Of a stretch of 64,000 nucleotides of DNA, positions 40,445-50,241 are shown in pieces (position 1 is the stretch's first letter; every line of letters begins with the position of its first letter). Both the position numbers and the translations under genes were made by a program. The DNA comes from a virus, in the IMG/VR virus record IMGVR_UViG_3300001450_000023, positions 15,790 to 79,789 of that record; one strand, given 5' to 3'. Under the pieces are notes generated by a model that was not told the origin of the DNA, ran no database searches, and saw only the letters and a list, made by a program, of their open reading frames with translations.

Positions 40445-41168
40445 TTGTTGCAGTATTATCTTTTGCATTATTGCTATGATCTTCTCTACCAAATTGATTA
40501 AATTGACCTACTAGTTCTTGCATTGTTAGTAAAATTAAATCATCTATCATTCCTTCTGCTATTGGAAAATCATAATCATACATTGATTTACAATCATCTA
40601 TTTTGGTTGCAACTGTTCCACAAGAATCAGGTTGCTCATTACAATAATTAGGAAAATTTATTACTTCTTCTTGATTTCCAAATAGTGCTTCTATAGTGAT
40701 AACTTTAATTTTAATTGGGGATGAAATAAATAAATACTCATCTCTAATAAAAAAGTCAGGTTTTTTTGAAGTGTACTTAGCACCTTGTTTATATTGATAC
40801 CCTTTCCATGTTGTTTCACCAAATTGTGTTTTTCCATCTAAGGATGTTACACTCTGAATAATATGATTAGAATATCCCATTAATGGAGCAGGTAATTTAT
40901 GTTTACTTCTATATATAGTACAACCAAGAGTAGGAATACAAGGGCATTCATGTATAGGTACTTCTATAAGTTCTACACATGGTAATACTTGATAAGACCA
41001 TTGATTTACTCTCTGCTTTTTATTTTTTCTTTGTTCATATAATTTAGCAGTAGTAGTTAACAACTTATTATAAATATGTCTTGATCTTAATCTACTATCA
41101 TCAGATTGTACTCCTTTAGAATACATGCTCTGAACTCTCTGTATTATATCTTGATTTTTCATGCTCAT
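40434..41168 (-). CDS. tail ring/tubular protein
   Basis: SDDS.L..R, Q.LPCVELI.V, DFPI motifs typical of crAss ring proteins. Confidence 0.65.
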   Translation of the reverse strand: MSMKNQDIIQRVQSMYSKGVQSDDSRLRSRHIYNKLLTTTAKLYEQRKNKKQRVNQWSYQVLPCVELIEVPIHECPCIPTLGCTIYRSKHKLPAPLMGYSNHIIQSVTSLDGKTQFGETTWKGYQYKQGAKYTSKKPDFFIRDEYLFISSPIKIKVITIEALFGNQEEVINFPNYCNEQPDSCGTVATKIDDCKSMYDYDFPIAEGMIDDLILLTMQELVGQFNQFGREDHSNNAKDNTATNEK

Positions 41169-41844
41169 GTATTTTTAGAATATTTGTAAGATCAGAAGGG
41201 TAATATACTTCATAGTCATCACCTTTTAACCAAACTAACATTCTGTTACTTATTTTAAAACCTAATTGCTCTAATAATATTTGATAATATGATAATTGTA
41301 TTTGATATTTATTATAAGAAGAATCTTTAAATATTTCAAAAGGTTTTAACATATTATTGTAAGACTTAAATAAATCTTTATTTGTCTTATAATCTCCTAT
41401 TACTAAAGTGTTGTCTCTATTATCTAACAATATAAAATCAGTTGTACCTGCATATTTATATTCATTAGAATACATTTGTAATTCTACAAAAACTACCTCA
41501 TAATATTTTGGCAATTCTTCCCAAAACTTAATTACAGATTTTGGTACATCTTCACTTACTATACCTAAACAATAATCTTCTGCATACTTATGTACTAAAG
41601 TACCATAGTCTGTAGCTTTCTTATTGTTTTCTTGCCATTCCTTAAGAACTTGCTGTTTAGTTTTATTGTGTTTTTTAGCAACAAATCCTGCTATTAAATC
41701 TGCTTTAAAAGGTTCATAGAACTGTTTTATTAATGCAGAAGTAGAAGGATATATTTCACCACTTATTTTATAAGTATGACTTAACTCATCAAATTCTAAA
41801 CTGTTGTAAACTTCTTTAGCTTTTTTTATTACTTTATCTTTCAA
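41116..41844 (-). CDS. PD-(D/E)XK (Cas4-like) exonuclease
   Basis: H.Y, YGT.VH, E...AGTTD...IGDYKTN, Y.IQLS.Y. Confidence 0.85.
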   Translation of the reverse strand: MKDKVIKKAKEVYNSLEFDELSHTYKISGEIYPSTSALIKQFYEPFKADLIAGFVAKKHNKTKQQVLKEWQENNKKATDYGTLVHKYAEDYCLGIVSEDVPKSVIKFWEELPKYYEVVFVELQMYSNEYKYAGTTDFILLDNRDNTLVIGDYKTNKDLFKSYNNMLKPFEIFKDSSYNKYQIQLSYYQILLEQLGFKISNRMLVWLKGDDYEVYYPSDLTNILKIHEHEKSRYNTESSEHVF

Positions 41845-41885
41845 TTTTACTTTTTTTACAAATTATTTAATAAATTTATTTATAA

Positions 41886-41893
41886 CAAATTTA
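41886..41893 (-). promoter_or_regulatory. Bacteroidota -7 promoter element TAAATTTG
   Basis: intergenic, upstream of 41844; the same 8-mer recurs at 52799 and 62286. Confidence 0.55.
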
Positions 41894-41954
41894 CAGTTTA
41901 TTCTACGAAATAAAAAATCTTTAGTTTACAGTAAAACACTTTTTTAAAAATTTA

Positions 41955-42113
41955 TTAGGTAGTACTAGTAGCATCTCCTAGCTCACAATTTTTATTAGGA
42001 GTTTCTTTGCAATTACATTTTTCTTTAAGTTTTTTAATTCTTTCAGATTGCTTTTTAATAAACATTAAAAGCTTTTTGTTTGCTTCTTCGTAGTTTAATT
42101 CACCATTTAACAT
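41955..42113 (-). CDS. small hypothetical protein (52 aa, MLNGELNYEEANKK...)
   Basis: ORF read by eye in operon position. Confidence 0.55.
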   Translation of the reverse strand: MLNGELNYEEANKKLLMFIKKQSERIKKLKEKCNCKETPNKNCELGDATSTT

Positions 42114-42124
42114 AATAATAAAGT

Positions 42125-42421
42125 TTATTCTAAAAATCTTAATTTTTCATTAAGCATAATTTGTATTGTAATTACAGCAGCAGTTACTTCTTCTAATGCT
42201 CCAAGTGTTTCTAGATCCCTTTCTCTGATATATGTGTTTAACTCTTTTAAATGAACTGCATGCCTTTCTTTTGTTTCTTTAATCTCTTTTCTTAGTGACT
42301 TTCTTTCATTAGTCATTTCTATTTTTGTTTCTTTTTTATCTTTCCACAATGCATAGATACCAACTCCCAAAGCTACTATAACTGGTGTTTGTTCCAGTAA
42401 CGTAAATAATAATTGATCCAT
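42125..42421 (-). CDS. putative holin (single TM plus coiled coil, BhlA-like)
   Basis: N-terminal TM segment, charged helical tail. Confidence 0.5.
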   Translation of the reverse strand: MDQLLFTLLEQTPVIVALGVGIYALWKDKKETKIEMTNERKSLRKEIKETKERHAVHLKELNTYIRERDLETLGALEEVTAAVITIQIMLNEKLRFLE

Positions 42422-42434
42422 AAGGGTTTAGTTT

Positions 42435-42674
42435 TTATTCTTCTTCTTTAATTTTTTTCTTTAAATCAATGTCTTTCAATTTCTCAAAAGATCTGCCTCC
42501 AAAATATGCACCTATAACAGTAATCAATACTAGCTCTAACAAACTAATCCAATTGTCTGCAACATTAAACTTTGCAAAAATTCCATCTACAAAAATTAAA
42601 AGTATTGTCATTAATACTAAAAATAACAATACAATAGGTCTTACATTTTTTGATAGCCAATTATCTAGTTTCAT
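42435..42674 (-). CDS. putative holin (2 TM)
   Basis: WLSKNVRP...2 TM...AYFGGRSFEK pattern. Confidence 0.7.
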   Translation of the reverse strand: MKLDNWLSKNVRPIVLLFLVLMTILLIFVDGIFAKFNVADNWISLLELVLITVIGAYFGGRSFEKLKDIDLKKKIKEEE

Positions 42675-42880
42675 GGATTTTGATATTTAATAGTATCTAT
42701 TTCAATAGTATCTATTTTAATACTATCTATTTTTTTAGCATTTCTCATAATTTGTATTACATCTATATCAAGCACATCTAATTTTGTATTATTATATCCA
42801 TCTGTAAAACAAGACTGTAGTAATACAAATAATAATATAATAGTTTTAAGTTTAATTAATTTTGGTAAATAATGTTTCAT
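42671..42880 (-). CDS. small lipoprotein
   Basis: hydrophobic signal plus LQSC lipobox. Confidence 0.55.
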   Translation of the reverse strand: MKHYLPKLIKLKTIILLFVLLQSCFTDGYNNTKLDVLDIDVIQIMRNAKKIDSIKIDTIEIDTIKYQNP

Positions 42881-42914
42881 TTTTTGGGTTTTATAGATTA
42901 AATAAAGTTTAATT

Positions 42915-44129
42915 TTATCCTAAAGTTAAATAGCAACATGGTGCTCCATGTCCTGTGTATGGAAAAATTGAAAGCACTCCTGCAGCTATTGTTGCTGGTA
43001 ATGTTGCTGTATAAGTATAAGAGTTGTTATATAAATAAAAACCACTTTTATTAAGACTACCAGTCTGAAAACCAGGAAGCATATTTTGTAAATATTGCAC
43101 ATAATGCCCTGAAATATTAGTCTGTGCCCCATCTCCTAACATTGCCATCATATAGACTCCTTGTTCAAGTTTTTGAGTACTCCCTAAAGCAACTGATTGC
43201 ATCCCTGTAACTCCATTTGTAAATGGACCAACTTGTACAACCTTAGTCCAACTATCACTAGCATATACATATTTATATATACCACCAACAATATCATGTG
43301 CCATTGATGCACTTGATTGTATTCCAATGTGTGTTACATTCATTTCTCCTCCTACCCAAAATAAGAGTCCATACCAATAGTTAGCAGTCATTGTAAATGC
43401 ATTATAACTATTAGTTGCTGTACCATTTCCACAAGGTAATACATTACCTTTTACTCTTATATCAGCAGAAGTTCCTCCTAAGAATGTAGCTATATCTCCT
43501 TTCTTCAATGTCCCTGAGTCATTGAGCAATACCTCCATTCCAGAAGCAGGTGTAACACTTGCTTTTCCTGTAATTGCAGCGGGAGCAACACTTAATGTAA
43601 GATCACTAGCATTTTCTGTTATTGTTAATTCTGTAGAATTAACTTTTTTAAATTCAAAGTCTACTCCACTTTTTTGCTTATACCAACCTGCTCCAGAACC
43701 TACATTACTTACAGTATTTGTTTCCCCTGCTGCAGCTGCTATTGTTATATCATTAGTGTTATTAGTTAGTGTAACATTTGTGCCTCCAATTAATGACTTA
43801 AATTCTAAATCTTCAAGAACTTTTTGCTTAAATACTCCAGAGCCACCACCAACATTTGAAGCAGTATTTGCTTCACCACCTGTATGACTAGAAGATGCAA
43901 AATATAATAAAGAATTAGCTTTGTTTAGTGTAACACCATTTTGTATAATTACTACTTTATCATTATTTATAGCATCTCCTAAAGAGTCTGCTTTAGCAAT
44001 ATCAGAAAAAGAAAAATCATCGGTAACAGGATATTCTTCACCATATGATATTGTTTTATTTAGCTCTTTTATATAAACTACTTGTTTAGTAGTAGAAACA
44101 TTTTTTAATTTTACTTTTCCTGCACTCAT
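42915..44129 (-). CDS. tail fibre/spike protein
   Basis: G/T/S-rich; two GE.NT.SNVG.G.G..KQK...EFK shaft repeats; beta-rich tip. Confidence 0.75.
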   Translation of the reverse strand: MSAGKVKLKNVSTTKQVVYIKELNKTISYGEEYPVTDDFSFSDIAKADSLGDAINNDKVVIIQNGVTLNKANSLLYFASSSHTGGEANTASNVGGGSGVFKQKVLEDLEFKSLIGGTNVTLTNNTNDITIAAAAGETNTVSNVGSGAGWYKQKSGVDFEFKKVNSTELTITENASDLTLSVAPAAITGKASVTPASGMEVLLNDSGTLKKGDIATFLGGTSADIRVKGNVLPCGNGTATNSYNAFTMTANYWYGLLFWVGGEMNVTHIGIQSSASMAHDIVGGIYKYVYASDSWTKVVQVGPFTNGVTGMQSVALGSTQKLEQGVYMMAMLGDGAQTNISGHYVQYLQNMLPGFQTGSLNKSGFYLYNNSYTYTATLPATIAAGVLSIFPYTGHGAPCCYLTLG

Positions 44130-44131
44130 AG

Positions 44132-44536
44132 CTAATTATATTGTGATAAGTAATTAGTTATCATATCTAAATATTTAGTTTTCCTTTGTTGTGTAAATAC
44201 AGTATCAGTAACCATATTTTTAATATGATACTGTACACTTGTAACTGCACCTACTTGTGCAAAACTTAATGTTGTTGTAAACTTAGCCATTAAAATTTCT
44301 CCTTGTTCAGCAGTTACTTCAGCAATCCTGTTGTCTTGTAAAAAAATAGTTATTAAGCTATCACAAAAATCAATATCTGATCCCAACCTTTCTGCTGGTG
44401 TAGTAGGTACATAAGGATATAAATATTCTACTGAATACCCTGTCCCTAAACTGTCAGCCTTAGCCTGAGCTTCTGTTATATTATTAAATTTAGATATAAC
44501 TTGCCAACCTTCTTTATATATTTTGTAGTAATTCAT
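44132..44536 (-). CDS. hypothetical (possible fibre assembly chaperone)
   Basis: 134 aa, between two fibre genes. Confidence 0.55.
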   Translation of the reverse strand: MNYYKIYKEGWQVISKFNNITEAQAKADSLGTGYSVEYLYPYVPTTPAERLGSDIDFCDSLITIFLQDNRIAEVTAEQGEILMAKFTTTLSFAQVGAVTSVQYHIKNMVTDTVFTQQRKTKYLDMITNYLSQYN

Positions 44537-44540
44537 TTAT

Positions 44541-45209
44541 TTATGCCATTAATAAAAAACATCCTGGTATATCATCACCTAATGAACCACCTGCAGAAAT
44601 TGCACTTTGAGCTAAACTAGTTGGCATAGTAGCAGAATAACTACCTGAAATAAAAAAATAAAATGAAGGCCTCGCAGCACCTGCTGAAAGTTGACCTGCA
44701 AAATTACCTAAGTTATTTACATCATATCCACTAACATCTGTTTGTACACCATCTGCAGTTATAGCTGTAGCATATAATCCTTGCTCTATAGTAATTAAAC
44801 TACCTGTTACATCTATTGAAATTATACCACTACCTCCTGTAGTAAATGGGCCAACTTGAGTCACTTTATTCCATTGATCATTACCATAATCATATTTATA
44901 TACACCTGCTACTATATTATGACTTAATTCACCATTAGTATGAATTCCTATTTTTGAAAAACTTATTTTACCTGGAAGAAAAAATGGAGTTAAATAAAGA
45001 GTACCATCAGTAGTAGCTGTATCACCATTTGTAAAAGCACTAGCTGTCATTGCTGCTGGGTATACTCTTGCTCCTTTTGTTTGCATAGCTGATGCAACCT
45101 CAACTACATCTACTCTACTAGTTAAGCTAGTAAATTTAGTTTTTAAACTTAAAACTTCACTAATTACCCAACTTAATCTTCTTTGTATATCTTTTAATAA
45201 TTTTCTCAT
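44541..45209 (-). CDS. short fibre/spike protein, paralog of the 42915 tip
   Basis: N-terminal coiled coil plus a domain sharing YKY.Y..D.W.KV.QVGPFT.G with 42915..44129. Confidence 0.75.
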   Translation of the reverse strand: MRKLLKDIQRRLSWVISEVLSLKTKFTSLTSRVDVVEVASAMQTKGARVYPAAMTASAFTNGDTATTDGTLYLTPFFLPGKISFSKIGIHTNGELSHNIVAGVYKYDYGNDQWNKVTQVGPFTTGGSGIISIDVTGSLITIEQGLYATAITADGVQTDVSGYDVNNLGNFAGQLSAGAARPSFYFFISGSYSATMPTSLAQSAISAGGSLGDDIPGCFLLMA

Positions 45210-45210
45210 T

Positions 45211-46161
45211 TTATAAACATGTTGCTTCAGTAGAACAATATATTCTAATGTAGTGAATTAATAAATTTCTTTTTGCATCATTACAACAATCTAAACCATA
45301 AATCATGGCATCATGTTGTTTTTTTACTTCTAATATAACATTGCAAGTATCTTCTGTAGGATCACATGCAGTAGATGTTGTACAAGGTGCTACATGACAA
45401 TTTATATATTGCTCTGCTTCAATACAAGATTCATTACCATTAACATCAACTTCACAAACTTTTACTTTATATAAACCAGGAATAAGTTGTGTTAAAGCAA
45501 ATAAACTATTTAATTTTAATTGTCCAGCAGCTGCTTGCACTACATTTGCAGGAGGATTAGTTGCAGGTGTTGTTAATGGAAAAGATATTGGACTAGCAAA
45601 AGTTCCATCCCAGCCACAAGTTATTGTTGTATCTTGTGCTATTGTTAAATTACCAGCATATTTAAAACCTGCAGTAGTTGTTATTTCTATAGAAAATGCT
45701 TGTGAAGCATTTGCTTTATCTGTAGATATTACAAAGTTAGCAAGACTTGATTGAACTGTAAAAGCATGTGTTTGCAATGCTGCACCAAATGTATTAAATT
45801 TAATACCACTAACTAAGTTACCATTTATACCATCTAGTTGAACAGTATATTTATTTTTTGCACCAGATGTTTGATGAGTACAACTTTTTTTAGTTATACC
45901 AAATACATAAGTAGGAGCAATCTCTACAGTATCACTACCAGCAGCCCCAGCAGTATTTCTACAATCTCTAGAGTATGTAATAGTATATTTTTTTACATCT
46001 TTAAAATCTTTTGATGTAGTATCAAAGATATTTGTAATATAGTCAAATTCAGGGACAGGTGATTCAAGAACAGCATGTACAGTAGTACATCTAGTTAACC
46101 TATTAGTAGTATATCCAGTATTTATAATTATTAATTGACCTGAAGTTGATTTTACAGTCAT
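45211..46161 (-). CDS. Cys-rich virion (tail hub/fibre-associated) protein
   Basis: 316 aa, T-rich beta composition, Cys cluster at the C-terminus. Confidence 0.55.
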   Translation of the reverse strand: MTVKSTSGQLIIINTGYTTNRLTRCTTVHAVLESPVPEFDYITNIFDTTSKDFKDVKKYTITYSRDCRNTAGAAGSDTVEIAPTYVFGITKKSCTHQTSGAKNKYTVQLDGINGNLVSGIKFNTFGAALQTHAFTVQSSLANFVISTDKANASQAFSIEITTTAGFKYAGNLTIAQDTTITCGWDGTFASPISFPLTTPATNPPANVVQAAAGQLKLNSLFALTQLIPGLYKVKVCEVDVNGNESCIEAEQYINCHVAPCTTSTACDPTEDTCNVILEVKKQHDAMIYGLDCCNDAKRNLLIHYIRIYCSTEATCL

Positions 46162-46170
46162 TTTATTTTT

Positions 46171-46731
46171 TTAAGTACAATTACATAAACAAGTTTCTGT
46201 ATTATTTAGTATGTTATACAACTTTGAATAAAGAGAACATAATTCATCACAATTACAATTGCAATTACTACCATTCACTAAACCAAAGTGTAACAAATGT
46301 GCTTCAACATCAGCAGGAGTTTTTAGAAGATTTTTTACATATTTAGCAACTTCACAAGAAGTAGAACAATCCATAAAGAAACAATTACTTTCTGTTGTTA
46401 TAGGTGCTCCTCCAGATTCAATTTGAGTAATTACAACTTTGTATACTCCATCAGGAAATACTGTTGTTCCTGTACCTAATACACCAGGTAATATTTTAAT
46501 TATTTTATCTTCAATACTATAATTAGTACCATCAACAGGTACTTTAGTGCCAGCATCTTGTAATATTGTTATAGGAAAACCTGTACAATCACAACAATTT
46601 TTAAATATAGTAAATTCAATTGTAGCACCTGTTGGGATTGCAGTTCCAGAACCTGTACCTGCAGCATTAAGAATAGTTTGAGTTACTATTAGTTGTGTGC
46701 AGTCTGCATTTTTAGATATTGTTAAAGCCAT
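46171..46731 (-). CDS. Cys-rich virion protein (tail hub-like)
   Basis: FPDGVYKV motif followed by a Cys-rich helical tail. Confidence 0.55.
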   Translation of the reverse strand: MALTISKNADCTQLIVTQTILNAAGTGSGTAIPTGATIEFTIFKNCCDCTGFPITILQDAGTKVPVDGTNYSIEDKIIKILPGVLGTGTTVFPDGVYKVVITQIESGGAPITTESNCFFMDCSTSCEVAKYVKNLLKTPADVEAHLLHFGLVNGSNCNCNCDELCSLYSKLYNILNNTETCLCNCT

Positions 46732-46732
46732 G

Positions 46733-47131
46733 TTATAATATTATTATTTTACCTGTAAAGTCTATTTTATTTAAATTAATAATTTCTATATCCCCCTTCT
46801 TAGATAAATTGATAATTACATCATTGCTAATATCTATAAAATTCTTTGTCCCTTTATAAATTTGAATTAAGGGATTCTTTCCTTTATTGTGTTCTTTTTG
46901 TTTAATATATATCTTTTTTTCTTGCCAGTCAGCTATTGAAAAGTTAAGTATATATTTTAATTTTTTCCATGAGATTAGACTATTATTAATACCTAATATA
47001 TCATCTTCATTACCTTCTTTTAAAATACTAAGAAATTGTTTTATTAACTCTTTATTCTTAGTACTAAAATAGTTTATCTTTTTTTTAATTACTTCTATCT
47101 CTTCTATTACATTGTATATTTTTCTTTTCAT
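46733..47131 (-). CDS. hypothetical protein
   Basis: 132-aa ORF. Confidence 0.6.
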   Translation of the reverse strand: MKRKIYNVIEEIEVIKKKINYFSTKNKELIKQFLSILKEGNEDDILGINNSLISWKKLKYILNFSIADWQEKKIYIKQKEHNKGKNPLIQIYKGTKNFIDISNDVIINLSKKGDIEIINLNKIDFTGKIIIL

Positions 47132-47142
47132 GTATAGAAATT

Positions 47143-47178
47143 AAAAAAAAGAATTAGAGGGCATAACCCCCTAATTCT
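47143..47178 (-). terminator. intrinsic terminator
   Basis: AGAATTAG.GGG/CCCCCTAATTCT hairpin followed by T8 on the minus strand. Confidence 0.8.
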
Positions 47179-47196
47179 CTTATATGTTAAAGATTA

Positions 47197-48645
47197 TTAA
47201 CAAGCACAATCATCAGCAGTTGGTTCTATTACTGTAAAACCATTACCCGCACTTGTAGGAGTTACACCAGCTTGTTGAGTAACAGCAGCATCAAGTACTG
47301 TTAACAAAGCTGCACCAGCTTTCCCATCTATTTCACCACAAGGAAATACAAATTTGGTATTGAAATGATTTTCATAATCTAACCATCCACCATTTGAACT
47401 TACATCATAAGTAAGATCTACCATATGGTAATTAAGGCTTTTATCAATTACACTATTGAAATCTGAAAAAGCAACTCCAATCAAATCACCTGTTCTATAA
47501 ACACCAGGTTTTCCAATAAAGCCACCAACTTCATATTCAATGTGTGCAAGATCATAACCAGCTCCTTCTCTCATTACAGGATCAGTAGTAGTTACAATTG
47601 TACCAGTACATGCAAATCCAGTTTCTGCCACTTTAGAAACAACCATTAATGGAGTTCTTTGTTGGTAGTATTTAGTGTTAACATTACAGTAGCTATTAAT
47701 AGCTTGAGTAACACCAGTTAATCTTAGTGAAGGACATCCATCACCATGGGTTGCTTTGAATCCAGTAGCAGCATCTGTAAGGTCAGTAATTGTAGTTGTT
47801 TTTATTTTATCACTATCATCAGCAGTAAATCCAGCAGCACCAGTAACAATACCAGAACTTACTGTTTTAATACCAGCAAATGCTGCACCTGCCATTGTAA
47901 TTTTTACTGTATCAACACCATCACTTTTTGCTGAAAAACCTGAAGTAGCATTAATTGCAACAGCTGCTTTATTAGCTATAGCTAATTTGCTATCACCATT
48001 TAAAACATCCCAAGCAATATCAATTCCATCAAGAGTTGCTTTTACAGTACCATTTCCAGTAACTGCAGCAGTATATTTAATACTACCAATATTTGCCCAT
48101 GCAGAAGCAGTTACTAAACCATCTTCATCACCATTGATATCTGCAATTAGAAGTCTTGTAAGTTCTGCACAGTTTCCTGTACCACAACTTTCACAACCAT
48201 CACAACATGCTGTTTTAACCATAAAGCTTTTAGCAGCTTGGTTAAAACCATAGTTCATATACTTTTCATCAGTATTAAATTCAATTTTTAAACCATAACT
48301 TGTGTCACAGTCTGCTGTATAGCTATGTACATCAATTACTTGTTCAGTAGTTGCAGTATAACATTTTAATTCATAACTTTGAATACCTTTAACTGCAATT
48401 TTAGTTCCTGCACTTTTCAAGATTTCATCTGCTACACCATCTCCAGTAGTATCTACTGCGGCAGCAACAAAGAATTCACTAACAGCTAATGCTGTTGTTG
48501 CATTCATAGCTTTTCCTGTTTTGTAATCAAAAACTCCTACTTCACCTGCAGCTAAATCTCCAGGAGTTTTACTGGTATCTACTATACATTTAGCAGTTGC
48601 TCCAGAGATAGGAATGATTGAAAATACATCATTATTTTTTGCCAT
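47197..48645 (-). CDS. auxiliary capsid/structural protein (crAss-like)
   Basis: 482 aa, A/T/G-rich, EG.GYD...E motif, downstream of the capsid module. Confidence 0.7.
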   Translation of the reverse strand: MAKNNDVFSIIPISGATAKCIVDTSKTPGDLAAGEVGVFDYKTGKAMNATTALAVSEFFVAAAVDTTGDGVADEILKSAGTKIAVKGIQSYELKCYTATTEQVIDVHSYTADCDTSYGLKIEFNTDEKYMNYGFNQAAKSFMVKTACCDGCESCGTGNCAELTRLLIADINGDEDGLVTASAWANIGSIKYTAAVTGNGTVKATLDGIDIAWDVLNGDSKLAIANKAAVAINATSGFSAKSDGVDTVKITMAGAAFAGIKTVSSGIVTGAAGFTADDSDKIKTTTITDLTDAATGFKATHGDGCPSLRLTGVTQAINSYCNVNTKYYQQRTPLMVVSKVAETGFACTGTIVTTTDPVMREGAGYDLAHIEYEVGGFIGKPGVYRTGDLIGVAFSDFNSVIDKSLNYHMVDLTYDVSSNGGWLDYENHFNTKFVFPCGEIDGKAGAALLTVLDAAVTQQAGVTPTSAGNGFTVIEPTADDCAC

Positions 48646-48656
48646 TTTTTAACAAT

Positions 48657-49379
48657 TTAATTTATTAAATTAATTTTATCACGTTTAATATTATAGTCAG
48701 CATATTGCAATTGACCTGTTAAAACAAGTACAGCAATATCCACTATTTCTGGATGGGTATGAGAAGGAAGTTCACAATCTTTAAAGCCTGTTAATAAAGT
48801 CCCATCAGGTAGTGAATACTGAGCAACTGTTCCAAAGTCCTCTGCATTATGAATATAACCTGGTTTTTTAATATAATCTAATAGTAAACTATTGATTATA
48901 AAAGTTGAGTCTGAAAATGCTTTTATACCTTTTTCATAAAATCTTATGTTGACTTCTCTCCATTCAAATGAAGATTTATCAAAAGGTGAAAATTCAAATT
49001 CATCATCATGTTGTCTTACTACACAACTAGCTTTAGCACCTTTGCAGTTATTCTTAGCTATCATTGCTGCACATTTTACAAGAAATTGATAATCTTCTGG
49101 TAACTCTATATAGTACTCATTGTCATCAATCTTTACTGTAAAAACAGAAACATTATCTTTTACTAGTGTTCTTATATCATCTATATTTCTTTGATTCTTT
49201 TCAAAACCATAATCAAACAACATCTTTACTTTTCTAGGTTCAGCAATCATTTTTATAAAAATGCCCTGAGCCTCATTCAATGCCCAATCAATTTCAGGCA
49301 CGAGTAAATTTCTGTATTGCTGTGAATCCAGTTTGTTAAGTTTTACCTTAACATCGTAGTGCATATTTTTAATACTCAT
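48657..49379 (-). CDS. head-tail ring/tubular protein
   Basis: EID..LN.AQ, YIKKP, CELP..THPEIVDIAV motifs. Confidence 0.72.
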   Translation of the reverse strand: MSIKNMHYDVKVKLNKLDSQQYRNLLVPEIDWALNEAQGIFIKMIAEPRKVKMLFDYGFEKNQRNIDDIRTLVKDNVSVFTVKIDDNEYYIELPEDYQFLVKCAAMIAKNNCKGAKASCVVRQHDDEFEFSPFDKSSFEWREVNIRFYEKGIKAFSDSTFIINSLLLDYIKKPGYIHNAEDFGTVAQYSLPDGTLLTGFKDCELPSHTHPEIVDIAVLVLTGQLQYADYNIKRDKINLIN

Positions 49380-50182
49380 TAGCTATTTAACTTTTCAAGT
49401 ATTGAAACTTTCAATTTTTGGTTTTGAGGGTCAATAAAATAATCAACAGCATCTTCAAATGTACTTGCTATTTTATCTCCCATATAATATACTGAAGCAC
49501 CTTCTTTTGTTAATATGTTCCTATGCAATGCTTCCAATAAAGATGCTCTTATATAAACTTCTTTATCATCCATTTTTGCATAAGATAAAAACAAATCAGG
49601 ATTATTTTCAATTATTTCATCAAGTTGAACATCTAAAAAATCTCTACTTCTTCCTCTAACCATTTTATCACTTACAATAGTTAATATGTTAACTATTTCA
49701 TCAGTAGACATCTTCTGTGATAGAGTGTAGCACTTTCTCTTAATCTGTATTTTAGTAGCTTTAATTTCTACTTCCTCTGCATCATCAAAAATTACATGAC
49801 TTGCTTCAGGAAATAATCCTTCATTATAATCTTTTAAAGAATTAGCTACAGCATTACTAGCTTTTAAGTTTTTAATTCTTACAAACTCTAATGGAATAGT
49901 TGGGTCAAGAAAAATTGGATAATTTGGCAATTTAATTCTTGATGCATTGCTATCCCAGTAATCATGTGGTTTTTGAGCATTAAAAACTCTATTTAAATCT
50001 ACACCTAGTTTACTTTGATATTCTTCTGTTTCTTTATCTGTCAATCCAGTTGCATAAGCACCTGTTGCATGGTCATATAAAACTCTAACTGTTAGAGGTT
50101 GGGAAAATGATTCTTTTCCTTCTTTACCATGCCATCTTTTTCTTTCTATTGGTCTAATTTCAACTAATGCTTTCTTTTTCAT
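49379..50182 (-). CDS. conserved crAss-like capsid-module protein
   Basis: 267 aa immediately after the MCP; YATGL, YW, LD...P motifs. Confidence 0.65.
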   Translation of the reverse strand: MKKKALVEIRPIERKRWHGKEGKESFSQPLTVRVLYDHATGAYATGLTDKETEEYQSKLGVDLNRVFNAQKPHDYWDSNASRIKLPNYPIFLDPTIPLEFVRIKNLKASNAVANSLKDYNEGLFPEASHVIFDDAEEVEIKATKIQIKRKCYTLSQKMSTDEIVNILTIVSDKMVRGRSRDFLDVQLDEIIENNPDLFLSYAKMDDKEVYIRASLLEALHRNILTKEGASVYYMGDKIASTFEDAVDYFIDPQNQKLKVSILEKLNS

Positions 50183-50194
50183 TTTTTCAAAATT

Positions 50195-50231
50195 TAAAAA
50201 TAGTTAAGGGTAAATTAATACCCTTAACTAT
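50195..50231 (-). terminator. intrinsic terminator after the MCP
   Basis: TAGTTAAGGGTA-aattaa-TACCCTTAACTA plus T run on the minus strand. Confidence 0.8.
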
Positions 50232-50241
50232 ATATATGATC

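Noticed and set aside
42915-45209. Diversity-generating retroelement TR/VR pair
   Set aside because: The paralogs differ at all base types, not only adenines; no reverse transcriptase in the window
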